Of a stretch of 64,000 nucleotides of DNA, positions 57,103-64,000 are shown one piece after another. A program made the position numbers and the translations under genes. Source of the DNA: Bacteroidota bacterium (GTDB taxonomy: Bacteria > Bacteroidota > Bacteroidia > NS11-12g > UBA955); assembly GCA_016868785.1 (NCBI GenBank), contig VGFS01000007.1, forward strand, positions 4,967 through 68,966, given 5' to 3'. The notes under the pieces were generated by a model. That model was given only the letters and a program-made list of their open reading frames with translations, made no database searches and was not told the origin of the DNA. Positions within the stretch are counted from its first letter, which is position 1, and each line of letters starts with the position of its first letter.

Positions 57103-57809
57103 CCATTGCTCAAATCAAGCACATCGCTTCGTTGCGCATGCCTAAGTTTAGGCAAAAATATGGGCAATTTGTGGTGGAGGGCCGCAAAGCGGTGGAGGAA
57201 GTATTCCACAGCGGTTGGCAGGTGGAGGGAATTTGGGCCACTCAGGAATTTGCGGACCGCCATGCGCCGGGGTATCCCTTCCAGCTCATGAGCGAGGAGG
57301 AAAACAAAAAATGTACGGCCTTTGACACAGCTCCGGGTGTGATGGCGCTGGTAAATATGCCGAAATACGAGGGTTTGCGTAAGGATATGCCTTTTATTTT
57401 GGCTTTAGACGGCATCAACGATCCGGGGAATATGGGTACCATCATTCGCTTGGCAGATTGGTTTGGATTGACGCAGATTGTGGCCTCGCCCGACAGTGTA
57501 GATGCGTTCAATCCCAAGTGTTTGGCGGCAACGATGGGTTCTTTTTTGCGGGTAGCGGTGGTTTATGCTCCGTTGGACACAGTGGCTTCGGGCAAAACGG
57601 TGTATGGGGCCTATTTGCATGGTGAAAACGTTCACGGTTTGGTTGTGGCGCCCAACAGCATGTTGCTCATTGGTTCTGAATCGCACGGGATTCGAGAGGC
57701 GGCGGCGAAGTTGGTAACGCATCCCATCACCATTCCGGGGAAGGGACAAGCGGAGTCGTTAAATGCGGGGATGGCCACGGCGATTCTGCTCGACAATCTC
57801 TTGCGGTAG
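57096..57809 (+). CDS. TrmH/SpoU family RNA 2'-O-methyltransferase
   Basis: 237 aa. N-terminal IAQIKHIASLRMPKFRQKYGQFVVEG is the family's conserved N-domain, which supports the ATG at 57096. Shows SPOUT motifs DGINDPGNMGTIIRLADWFG, LLIGSESHGI and ESLNAGMATAILL. Confidence 0.85.
   Translation: MPSIAQIKHIASLRMPKFRQKYGQFVVEGRKAVEEVFHSGWQVEGIWATQEFADRHAPGYPFQLMSEEENKKCTAFDTAPGVMALVNMPKYEGLRKDMPFILALDGINDPGNMGTIIRLADWFGLTQIVASPDSVDAFNPKCLAATMGSFLRVAVVYAPLDTVASGKTVYGAYLHGENVHGLVVAPNSMLLIGSESHGIREAAAKLVTHPITIPGKGQAESLNAGMATAILLDNLLR
57153..57160 (-). promoter_or_regulatory. -7 promoter box TATTTTTG (minus strand) for the Omp85-family gene, embedded in the trmH-family coding sequence
   Basis: Plus-strand caaaaata at 57153-57160, about 50 nt upstream of the ATG at 57102. 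Confidence 0.3.
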
Positions 57810-57858
57810 TTGGTCGGTTTGCGGGTGTTTTCGCCGCACAGACCCCCTGAAAATTTCG

Positions 57859-57866
57859 TATATTTG
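57859..57866 (+). promoter_or_regulatory. -7 promoter box TATATTTG upstream of the DUF4175 gene
   Basis: Exact TAnnTTTG match 24 nt upstream of the ATG at 57891. Confidence 0.4.
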
Positions 57867-57890
57867 TAATTAGCCCTTGGCAGAAAATTC

Positions 57891-60800
57891 ATGCAAACCG
57901 GGATTCGACAAAAACTCAACGATTTTATCAAGGTGCATTACCGTCAGCGACTAATTCGCGGTGGGATGGCTGCGGTGGCGTTGGGCTTGTTCATTTTTGG
58001 GGTGGGTTTTATGGTCGAGCACAATTTGTGGCTGGAATCGAAGCATCGTGCGGTCTTGTTCTGGATGATGTGGGCACTGTTTTTACCGATATTGGGTTTG
58101 GGGGTGGTTCGACCTTGGCTGCAGATGCTGGGGGTAGGAAAAACCTTATCCCAAGAAGAGGCTGCGCAGTGGATCGGGAATTATTTTCCAGCGGTTTCGG
58201 ATAAGTTGATCAACTTGTTGCAATTGGAGGATATGGCGGGGGTGCAATCGGGCAATGCGCTGTTGTTGGCCAGTATTGAGGAGAAGACGATGGCATTGCG
58301 ACAGGTGCCGTTTTTGCAGGCGTTGGACTGGCGAAAGCACAGAAAATGGGTCTATCGATTGGGGTCGTTTTTATTGTTGCTGTTGGGTTTGGGGTTGTAT
58401 GAATCTTCGGAATTGTTGCAGGGTGCGTCGCGGGTGTTTCAATACCAACGCGAGTTTGTTCGACAGGCGCCGTTTTCGTTGCGATTAACCCACGGAGAAT
58501 TAACGGTTCAGGAAGGCGAAGATGTTTTATTGCAGTGGCAAGTAGAGGGGGCTGTGATGCCCGAGGTGGTGGAAGTGAAGCTGGGAGACCAATGGCGTAG
58601 GGCCCGAAGAATCAAGCCGGGGGTGTTTTCTTTTTCGATGGAAGACGTTACCGAGGATGCATTGCTGACGGTTAGGGCGATGGATTTTGTGGTGGCGGAA
58701 CATCAGATAATAGTGAAAAAATTGCCACATTGGCAAGCCGTGGAGGTCTATGCAGATTTTCCGGAATACACGGGTATTGCCGATGGGGTATTGTCTCAAA
58801 CGGAGGTTTTGGAAGTGGTGGAGGGTACAAGGTTGCAGTACAAACTCAAAGGCGAGCAGGTGTTTGGCTGGCGGGTAGGGGCCTCGTTTCAACAGATTTT
58901 ACGCGGGGGAGGACAGCGGTTGCAGAACACCAAAACAGGGGCTAACTATAATTTCCAGGCCATGAAGAATCAGCGATTGGTGTTTGCCATGGAGGGACCG
59001 CAAGGCTTGAGCAAAGACACGTTACAGAGTGCGTTGGTGGTGAGGGCGGATGCGTTCCCATCGATTCAGATTGAAACGGTGGCCGATACAGTGCGCTTGG
59101 GTACTTGGTATTTTGCGGGGCTGGCCAGCGACGATTATCAGGTGAGGGAGGTAGACTTTTTGTATCGCGTTGCGGGCAAGAATGCCCCTTGGAGAAAAAC
59201 GGTATTGTATGAGGGACTAACGCCGCAGTGGGCATTGACTCATGCCATCGATTTGGCGGGGTTGGGAGTAAAAGGGGGTGAGGTGTTGGAGTATCAGTTT
59301 GCGGTGAAGGACAATGATGGACTCAGGGGCGGAAAGACATTTAGAACGCCGGTAATGACCTTGGAGCGGATGGGGGCAGAAAAGGCCACCCAATGGTTGG
59401 AAAAACAAGAGGCGGGCCTCGGTGCGGGGATGAGTAAGTCTTCAAAAACGTTGAAGGAGTTACAAAAGGAATCTCAAAAATTGCAAGAATCGTTGCAGCA
59501 AAACCAAAGCGGTTGGGATCAGGAGAATAAAATCAAGCATTGGTTGAACGAACAGCAAAAAATGGTGGAGTCGCTCAAACAATTAGAGAAGAAACAATCG
59601 GACATCAACAAGCAGAAAAATGCCTCGAATCCTCCCTCCGAGGAAATGCAAAAGAAGAAAGAGGCATTGAACAAGCGAATGAAGCAGCTGACCTCGCCTG
59701 AAATGCAAAAGCTCATCGAGGAGATCAATCGTTTGTTGGAGCAAAAAGCGAGCAAAGAGCAGTTGCAGGAAAAGATGCAAAAACTGAATCAGATGAGTCA
59801 GGAATCGTCGAAGGAATTGGAGAAACTGATGGAGCAGTTGAAGCAGTTGGAATTGGAGGAGGCGATGGAGAATCAGATAGATCGCATGCAGGAATGGGCA
59901 GAAAAAGAAGAGGCCTTGCAGCAATCGTTGGAGCAGGAAAAGGGCAAAGAGGTATCGGATGGGGTAAAGCAAGCACAAGAGGCGCAGAATGAGGCCTTGA
60001 AAGACATCGAACAGGGCATGCAAGACATCGAGCAGAAGAATCAGGACTTAGAAAAGCCCATGGATTTGAAGGCAGGAGAGACAGAGCGGAAGGAGGCGGA
60101 AGACGCGGCGAAAAAGGCATCACAGGAGTTGAAAAACAACCGAAAATCTGGGGCTACGGAGCAAATGAAGCGGTCGGCACAGAAGATGAAAGAAGCCATG
60201 CAAAAGATGCAAGATGCGTTTGAACAGGAGCAAAAACAGCGAATGGCCGAAGACTATCAGGCATTGAGGGCTTTGTTGGAGAATTTGATTGATGCCTCGA
60301 ACCGACAAGAGGCGATATTGACAGAGTTGCGGAAAATGAACCCCGACAACCCCAAGCAGGTGGCTTTGAACCGGGAGCAAATGCGTTTGAAGGAATCGTT
60401 GATGTTTATCGAAGACAGTTTGATGGCTTTGGCGAAACGACAGACCATGATCAACCAATTTGTAACGCGGGAAATGAGTCGGGTAAACGGAGAGATGGCC
60501 ATGTCGTTAGAGAAAATGAAGGTGAGGAATCCGCGGTCGGCGGCTCAGCATCAGCAGTTTGTGATGACGGGGTTGAACAATTTGGCGGATATGTTGATGG
60601 AGAGTTTGCAAAACATGCAGCAGCAGATGAACAGCGAGCAGAAGAAGGAGGGGGATAAAAGTTGTGACAATCCCAACAAATCTGGGCAGGGGAAACAGGG
60701 TAAGCCCAAGCCGGGGAGTAAGTTGAGTGAGTCACAGAAGGCATTGGGAGAGCAATTGCAGAAAATGCAACAGCGGAAGCAGGGTAAGCCCGGGCAAGAC

Positions 60801-61292
60801 GGGAAGCCCCAGGGAGGAAGTCCGCAATCGCCGGGTGAAAATGGGGAGCCATCGCAGCGCGAATTGAACGAAGAATTGGCGAAAATGGCATTGATGCAAG
60901 AGGCATTGCGCAGGCAGGTAGAATCGTTGCGGAAAGAACTCGGACAGGAGGGAAAGCAGGGAATGTCGAATGCCTTGCAAGAAGTGGAGAAGTTGATGGA
61001 GCAAAACGAGAAGGACTTGGTGAATGGCAAGGTAACGCCGCAGTCGTTGGAGCGACAAAAGCAGATCATGACGCGGTTGTTGGAGCACGAGAAGGCGGAG
61101 AGAAAACAGGACCAGGAGGATAGGAGGGAATCGAACCAAGCGCCCAATTTTGTACCCACGGTGCCGCCTGAATTGGTGGAGGAAACACGTAAAAAGGCCA
61201 GTGAGCGCGAGGCGCTTCGGAGGATTCAGCCGGCATTTAAGCCGTACTACAAACAAAGCGTGCAGAAATACCTACAGATTTATTCGCGGTAA
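57891..61292 (+). CDS. DUF4175-like large membrane-anchored coiled-coil protein
   Basis: 1133 aa. Two N-terminal TM helices, a region of about 400 aa of mixed fold, then about 600 aa that are extremely E/K/Q-rich and predicted coiled coil. The architecture matches my recollection of Bacteroidota DUF4175 proteins. Confidence 0.6.
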   Translation: MQTGIRQKLNDFIKVHYRQRLIRGGMAAVALGLFIFGVGFMVEHNLWLESKHRAVLFWMMWALFLPILGLGVVRPWLQMLGVGKTLSQEEAAQWIGNYFPAVSDKLINLLQLEDMAGVQSGNALLLASIEEKTMALRQVPFLQALDWRKHRKWVYRLGSFLLLLLGLGLYESSELLQGASRVFQYQREFVRQAPFSLRLTHGELTVQEGEDVLLQWQVEGAVMPEVVEVKLGDQWRRARRIKPGVFSFSMEDVTEDALLTVRAMDFVVAEHQIIVKKLPHWQAVEVYADFPEYTGIADGVLSQTEVLEVVEGTRLQYKLKGEQVFGWRVGASFQQILRGGGQRLQNTKTGANYNFQAMKNQRLVFAMEGPQGLSKDTLQSALVVRADAFPSIQIETVADTVRLGTWYFAGLASDDYQVREVDFLYRVAGKNAPWRKTVLYEGLTPQWALTHAIDLAGLGVKGGEVLEYQFAVKDNDGLRGGKTFRTPVMTLERMGAEKATQWLEKQEAGLGAGMSKSSKTLKELQKESQKLQESLQQNQSGWDQENKIKHWLNEQQKMVESLKQLEKKQSDINKQKNASNPPSEEMQKKKEALNKRMKQLTSPEMQKLIEEINRLLEQKASKEQLQEKMQKLNQMSQESSKELEKLMEQLKQLELEEAMENQIDRMQEWAEKEEALQQSLEQEKGKEVSDGVKQAQEAQNEALKDIEQGMQDIEQKNQDLEKPMDLKAGETERKEAEDAAKKASQELKNNRKSGATEQMKRSAQKMKEAMQKMQDAFEQEQKQRMAEDYQALRALLENLIDASNRQEAILTELRKMNPDNPKQVALNREQMRLKESLMFIEDSLMALAKRQTMINQFVTREMSRVNGEMAMSLEKMKVRNPRSAAQHQQFVMTGLNNLADMLMESLQNMQQQMNSEQKKEGDKSCDNPNKSGQGKQGKPKPGSKLSESQKALGEQLQKMQQRKQGKPGQDGKPQGGSPQSPGENGEPSQRELNEELAKMALMQEALRRQVESLRKELGQEGKQGMSNALQEVEKLMEQNEKDLVNGKVTPQSLERQKQIMTRLLEHEKAERKQDQEDRRESNQAPNFVPTVPPELVEETRKKASEREALRRIQPAFKPYYKQSVQKYLQIYSR

Positions 61293-61295
61293 AAG

Positions 61296-61303
61296 TATCT
61301 TTG
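61296..61303 (+). promoter_or_regulatory. -7 promoter box TATCTTTG immediately upstream of metG
   Basis: Exact TAnnTTTG match ending 7 nt before the ATG at 61311. Confidence 0.4.
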
Positions 61304-61310
61304 CAGTCAC

Positions 61311-63140
61311 ATGTCGAAGATTACCATTACTGCTGCACTTCCCTACGCCAATGGACCAGTTCACATTGGGCATTTGGCTGGGGTATATATTCCTGCTGAC
61401 ATTCATGCGCGCGTTCAGCGTTTGCGTGGCGAGGAGATTTTGTTTATTTGCGGCAGTGATGAACACGGGGTGCCCATTACGCTGCGGGCCCGTAAAGAGG
61501 GGATTACGTCTCAAGATGTGGTGGACCGATACCACAAAATCATTGGCGATTCTTTCAGGGAGTTGGGTATTTCGTTTGATATCTATGCGCGCACATCGAG
61601 CGGAACCCACAAGGAACTGTCGCAAGCGTTTTTCAAGAATTTGTACGATAAGGGCGCTTTCAAGGAAATTCGCTCTGAGCAATATTACGATGAGCAGGCG
61701 GGACAGTTTTTGGCCGATCGATACATCGTTGGAACCTGTCCTTTTTGCAAAAGCGAAGGGGCCTATGGCGATCAGTGCGAGAAATGTGGCAGCACCTTGA
61801 GTCCCACCGAACTGCTAAACCCCACTTCGGCTTTGAGCGGAACGGTGCCGGTGAAAAAGGAAACCATCAACTGGTATTTGCCTTTGGATGAGATTCAAAC
61901 ATCGTTTTTGAATGACTGGCTGGGTTCGAAATCGCATTGGAAGAGCAATGTTTACGGACAGTGCAAGAGTTGGTTGAATGAGGGTTTGCGTGCAAGGGCG
62001 ATGACGAGGGATTTGGAGTGGGGGGTGCCTGTACCACTGGAAGGGGCTGATGGAAAAGTGTTGTACGTGTGGTTTGAGGCGCCCATTGGGTATATTTCGG
62101 CCACGAAGGAATTACGTCCTACCGACTGGGAACAGTGGTGGACGGGTGATTCTCGTTTGGTTCATTTTATTGGCAAGGACAACATTGTGTTTCACTGTAT
62201 CATATTCCCGGCGATGTTGCATTTGCGGGGTGATGGGTATGTGTTGCCGGAGCAGGTGCCAGCGAATGAGTTTTTGAATTTGGAGGGACAGAAGATATCG
62301 ACCAGTAGAAATTGGGCGGTATGGTTGAATGAATATTTGGAGGAGTTACCGAACCGGAAGGACGAGTTGCGGTATGTGTTGACATCGATTGCGCCGGAGA
62401 CCAAGGACAGTGAATTTACGTGGAAGGATTACCAAACGCGGGTAAATTCTGAGTTGGTGGGGATTTTGGGCAATTTTGCGAACCGGGTATTGGTGTTGAT
62501 GCAGAAATATTATGGGGGTGTGATGCCTCAAGTTGACGGGATTCGGGAACCTTTTGCTTTGTTTGATGGCGGGGTTCAGGGTGCGCATCCTATGGTGTCG
62601 GAATACATACAGCCGGTGGTTGATTTGTTGTTTAACTACCAATTTAGGGACGCCCAATTCAAGATGATGGAGTTGGCTCGTTTGGGCAACAAATATTTGG
62701 CGGAGCACGAGCCCTGGAAGTTGGTTAAGACGGATGCCGAGGCTACGGCGATGGTATTGAGCGAGGCGGTTCAGGTGTTGTACAATTTGGCCTTATTGAT
62801 GGAGCCATTCATGCCTGAGGCGAGTGGGCGATTGCTGTCGCAGTTGGGCGCTAGCGTAAGCGAGGCGCAGAAAAAACAGTTTTGGATGGCGCAGGGCGGA
62901 CCGGGTTTGTGGATGGAATTGGGGGCAGGACATGCTTTTGGGTCGGCCGGATTGTTGTTTCAGAAGATCGAGGACGAGGTGATAGAGGCGCAGATTGCGA
63001 AGCTGCAGGCTACGGCTGCGGCGAGTGCTGCGGCGAGTGCTGCGGCCACTGCTGCGGCGAATTTGACGTCGGGTGCTGGTTTGAATGGAACGGTGGCTTC
63101 TGCACCTGGGACAGGACCCGCCGGAGGCGGGGCCAAATAG
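61311..63140 (+). CDS. metG: Methionine--tRNA ligase (no C-terminal tRNA-binding domain; Ala-rich tail)
   Basis: 609 aa. HIGH motif (PVHIGHLAG), zinc knuckles ([18 protein letters not shown]), and a KMSKS-type loop (GQKISTSRN). The anticodon-binding domain is followed by [16 protein letters not shown]...GGGAK and a stop. Confidence 0.93.
   Translation: MSKITITAALPYANGPVHIGHLAGVYIPADIHARVQRLRGEEILFICGSDEHGVPITLRARKEGITSQDVVDRYHKIIGDSFRELGISFDIYARTSSGTHKELSQAFFKNLYDKGAFKEIRSEQYYDEQAGQFLADRYIVGTCPFCKSEGAYGDQCEKCGSTLSPTELLNPTSALSGTVPVKKETINWYLPLDEIQTSFLNDWLGSKSHWKSNVYGQCKSWLNEGLRARAMTRDLEWGVPVPLEGADGKVLYVWFEAPIGYISATKELRPTDWEQWWTGDSRLVHFIGKDNIVFHCIIFPAMLHLRGDGYVLPEQVPANEFLNLEGQKISTSRNWAVWLNEYLEELPNRKDELRYVLTSIAPETKDSEFTWKDYQTRVNSELVGILGNFANRVLVLMQKYYGGVMPQVDGIREPFALFDGGVQGAHPMVSEYIQPVVDLLFNYQFRDAQFKMMELARLGNKYLAEHEPWKLVKTDAEATAMVLSEAVQVLYNLALLMEPFMPEASGRLLSQLGASVSEAQKKQFWMAQGGPGLWMELGAGHAFGSAGLLFQKIEDEVIEAQIAKLQATAAASAAASAAATAAANLTSGAGLNGTVASAPGTGPAGGGAK
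63015..63062 (+). repeat. 12-bp in-frame tandem repeat x4 (gctgcggcgagt) encoding [16 protein letters not shown] at the metG 3' end
   Basis: Units at 63015-26, 63027-38 (identical), 63039-50 (gctgcggccact) and 63051-62 (gctgcggcgaat). Confidence 0.85.
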
Positions 63141-63340
63141 AATGATTAGGCCGGATGTTAACAGGGTTTTCAAAAGGGTTTTCATGGTTATTTTGTTCCG
63201 AAATTATTGCTGCCATGTAATCCTTGTTTGACCCGTGATTTAAGTTATGGTGAATAATGTTAAGGGATTTTAAATCAATTGTTTAATTAAGGAACAATGG
63301 GGTGATGTTTTGTTGATTTGTAATGTCTATAACCGTTATT

Positions 63341-63379
63341 AAACGAAGCGGGGCGGCCAATGGCCGCCCCGCTTCGTTT
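63341..63379. terminator. Strong 18-bp-stem hairpin, likely terminator of the convergent TonB-dependent receptor gene (and possibly metG)
   Basis: AAACGAAGCGGGGCGGCC-aat-GGCCGCCCCGCTTCGTTT is perfectly complementary. The A/T-rich stem ends give U-runs on both strands. Confidence 0.7.
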
Positions 63380-63422
63380 AATGCTTTACTCGATATCGCC
63401 TTGGGCGATAAATTGGATTTAT

Positions 63423-64000
63423 TTAGAAAGAATAACGCAAACCCAACTGCATGCCCCAAGTGGTTGAGGTACTTACGATTGGACGGAAACTTTCAACTGG
63501 CAACACACCGTTCACGGCGTTGAAATTGTAAGTGCCGTTGGCTGCATTGTATCTCAATACACCACCGTTGCTCACGGTCAACTGCTTACGGATGCCCCAA
63601 GCTGGGTTAATCATGTTGCCAATGTTCAAGATGTCGGCACTCAACTGCAACGTATGCTTGTTTTTGCCAATGTTTTGGGCAATGTCTTGCAGCAAACGCA
63701 AATCGAAGCGGTGTAACCAAGGCAATAAACCACCGTTGCGCTCAACAAATTGGCCCTTGTGGGCGCTCAAATAGTTGTCTTGTGCAACGTAGGCATCCCA
63801 AGCAGCAGCTTGGTCAGCGGCTGTGATGGTCTTGCCACCAATTACCAAGTCAGAGAATTTGATATCGGAAGAAGCATGTACGAACAACAAATCGTTACCT
63901 GTTAAACCATCGTTGTTAATGTCGGTAGAGTAAATGTAGCTGTAACGACCTGGGTTGTAACCGTCGTAAACTAAGCTTAATGTGGTAGCGAAACGGTTGC
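63423..64000 (-). CDS. TonB-dependent receptor, C-terminal part (N-terminus off the right edge)
   Basis: The track shows 63423-63890 from an internal TTG. Manual check shows the frame stays open to 64000. Beta-barrel-like alternating sequence ending in the terminal aromatic motif LGLRYSF. Confidence 0.75.
   Translation of the reverse strand, partial: NRFATTLSLVYDGYNPGRYSYIYSTDINNDGLTGNDLLFVHASSDIKFSDLVIGGKTITAADQAAAWDAYVAQDNYLSAHKGQFVERNGGLLPWLHRFDLRLLQDIAQNIGKNKHTLQLSADILNIGNMINPAWGIRKQLTVSNGGVLRYNAANGTYNFNAVNGVLPVESFRPIVSTSTTWGMQLGLRYSF

Noticed and set aside
62793-63185. Minus-strand ORF of 130 aa beginning [18 protein letters not shown], which looks like a signal peptide.
   Set aside because: It is antisense to the metG 3' end, and its Arg/Ser-rich body is simply the reverse complement of the Ala-rich 12-bp repeats. 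No promoter box or conserved features were seen.
63141-63340. Possible degraded remnant of the missing MetRS tRNA-binding (OB-fold) domain, or a small RNA gene, in the AT-rich spacer after metG.
   Set aside because: Reading all three forward frames by eye shows frequent stops and nothing resembling the EMAPII/Trbp111 motif pattern. No tRNA-like or other obvious structured-RNA features are present apart from the terminator hairpin at 63341-63379. A covariance-model scan was not possible, so this is not excluded.
1-64000. Searched by eye for CRISPR arrays, transposase, integrase or recombinase genes, long inverted or direct repeats, tRNA/rRNA genes, toxin-antitoxin pairs, restriction-modification systems, and other defence or phage modules.
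   Set aside because: None was found. All sizeable ORFs are accounted for by core or envelope functions, intergenic spacers are short (280 bp or less), and they contain only promoter, operator or terminator-like elements. A compositional anomaly or HGT island is not evident by eye, but GC and k-mer statistics were not computed.

Overview
This looks like a Bacteroidota chromosomal segment. The evidence is a SusC/SusD pair, T9SS type A and type B C-terminal sorting domains, TAnnTTTG -7 promoter boxes, and the Bacteroidota-style dcw gene order without murF or ddl. It is densely packed with recognisable core genes.

Gene content, left to right:
- A partial polysaccharide-utilisation-type locus on the minus strand (lipoprotein, susD, susC), divergent from a 1414-aa secreted M4 metalloprotease.
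- DUF2461, sucB, a CDF transporter, a SprT-like protein, lhgO and DUF2851.
- A GT2 plus GT-C glycosyltransferase pair, a BNR-like propeller and a USP-like protein.
- A CCG Fe-S subunit, an unknown ORF, an MFS transporter and a GT4 glycosyltransferase.
- The complete dcw cluster mraZ-rsmH-ftsL-ftsI-murE-mraY-murD-ftsW-murG-murC-ftsQ-ftsA-ftsZ on the minus strand (24365-39898).
- A small secreted-protein ORF, lipA and a T9SS BNR cargo protein.
- An ECF sigma / anti-sigma / dapF operon divergent from htrA.
- dnaB, clpC, an NlpC/P60 peptidase, an M48 peptidase, an Omp85-family protein overlapping trmH head-to-head, a DUF4175 coiled-coil giant, metG, and the 3' end of a TonB-dependent receptor.

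I found no tRNA, rRNA, CRISPR array, transposase, integrase or recognisable defence or toxin-antitoxin module. I cannot support a claim of a clearly novel multi-gene system here.

The observations most worth follow-up:
1. Helically phased TGGGN/GTGGN box arrays on both strands of the mraZ divergent intergenic region.
2. dapF translationally coupled to an ECF sigma / anti-sigma pair opposite htrA.
3. The PUL plus giant M4 protease pairing, with a perfect 17-bp palindrome between them.
4. The GT2 / GT-C module.
5. Several in-frame 12-15 bp tandem repeats inside conserved genes.
6. A truly overlapping head-to-head gene pair.

The ORF track uses TTG and GTG as well as ATG starts, so several track N-termini are over-extended and were trimmed. 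All homology calls come from motif recognition by eye; no database search was run.
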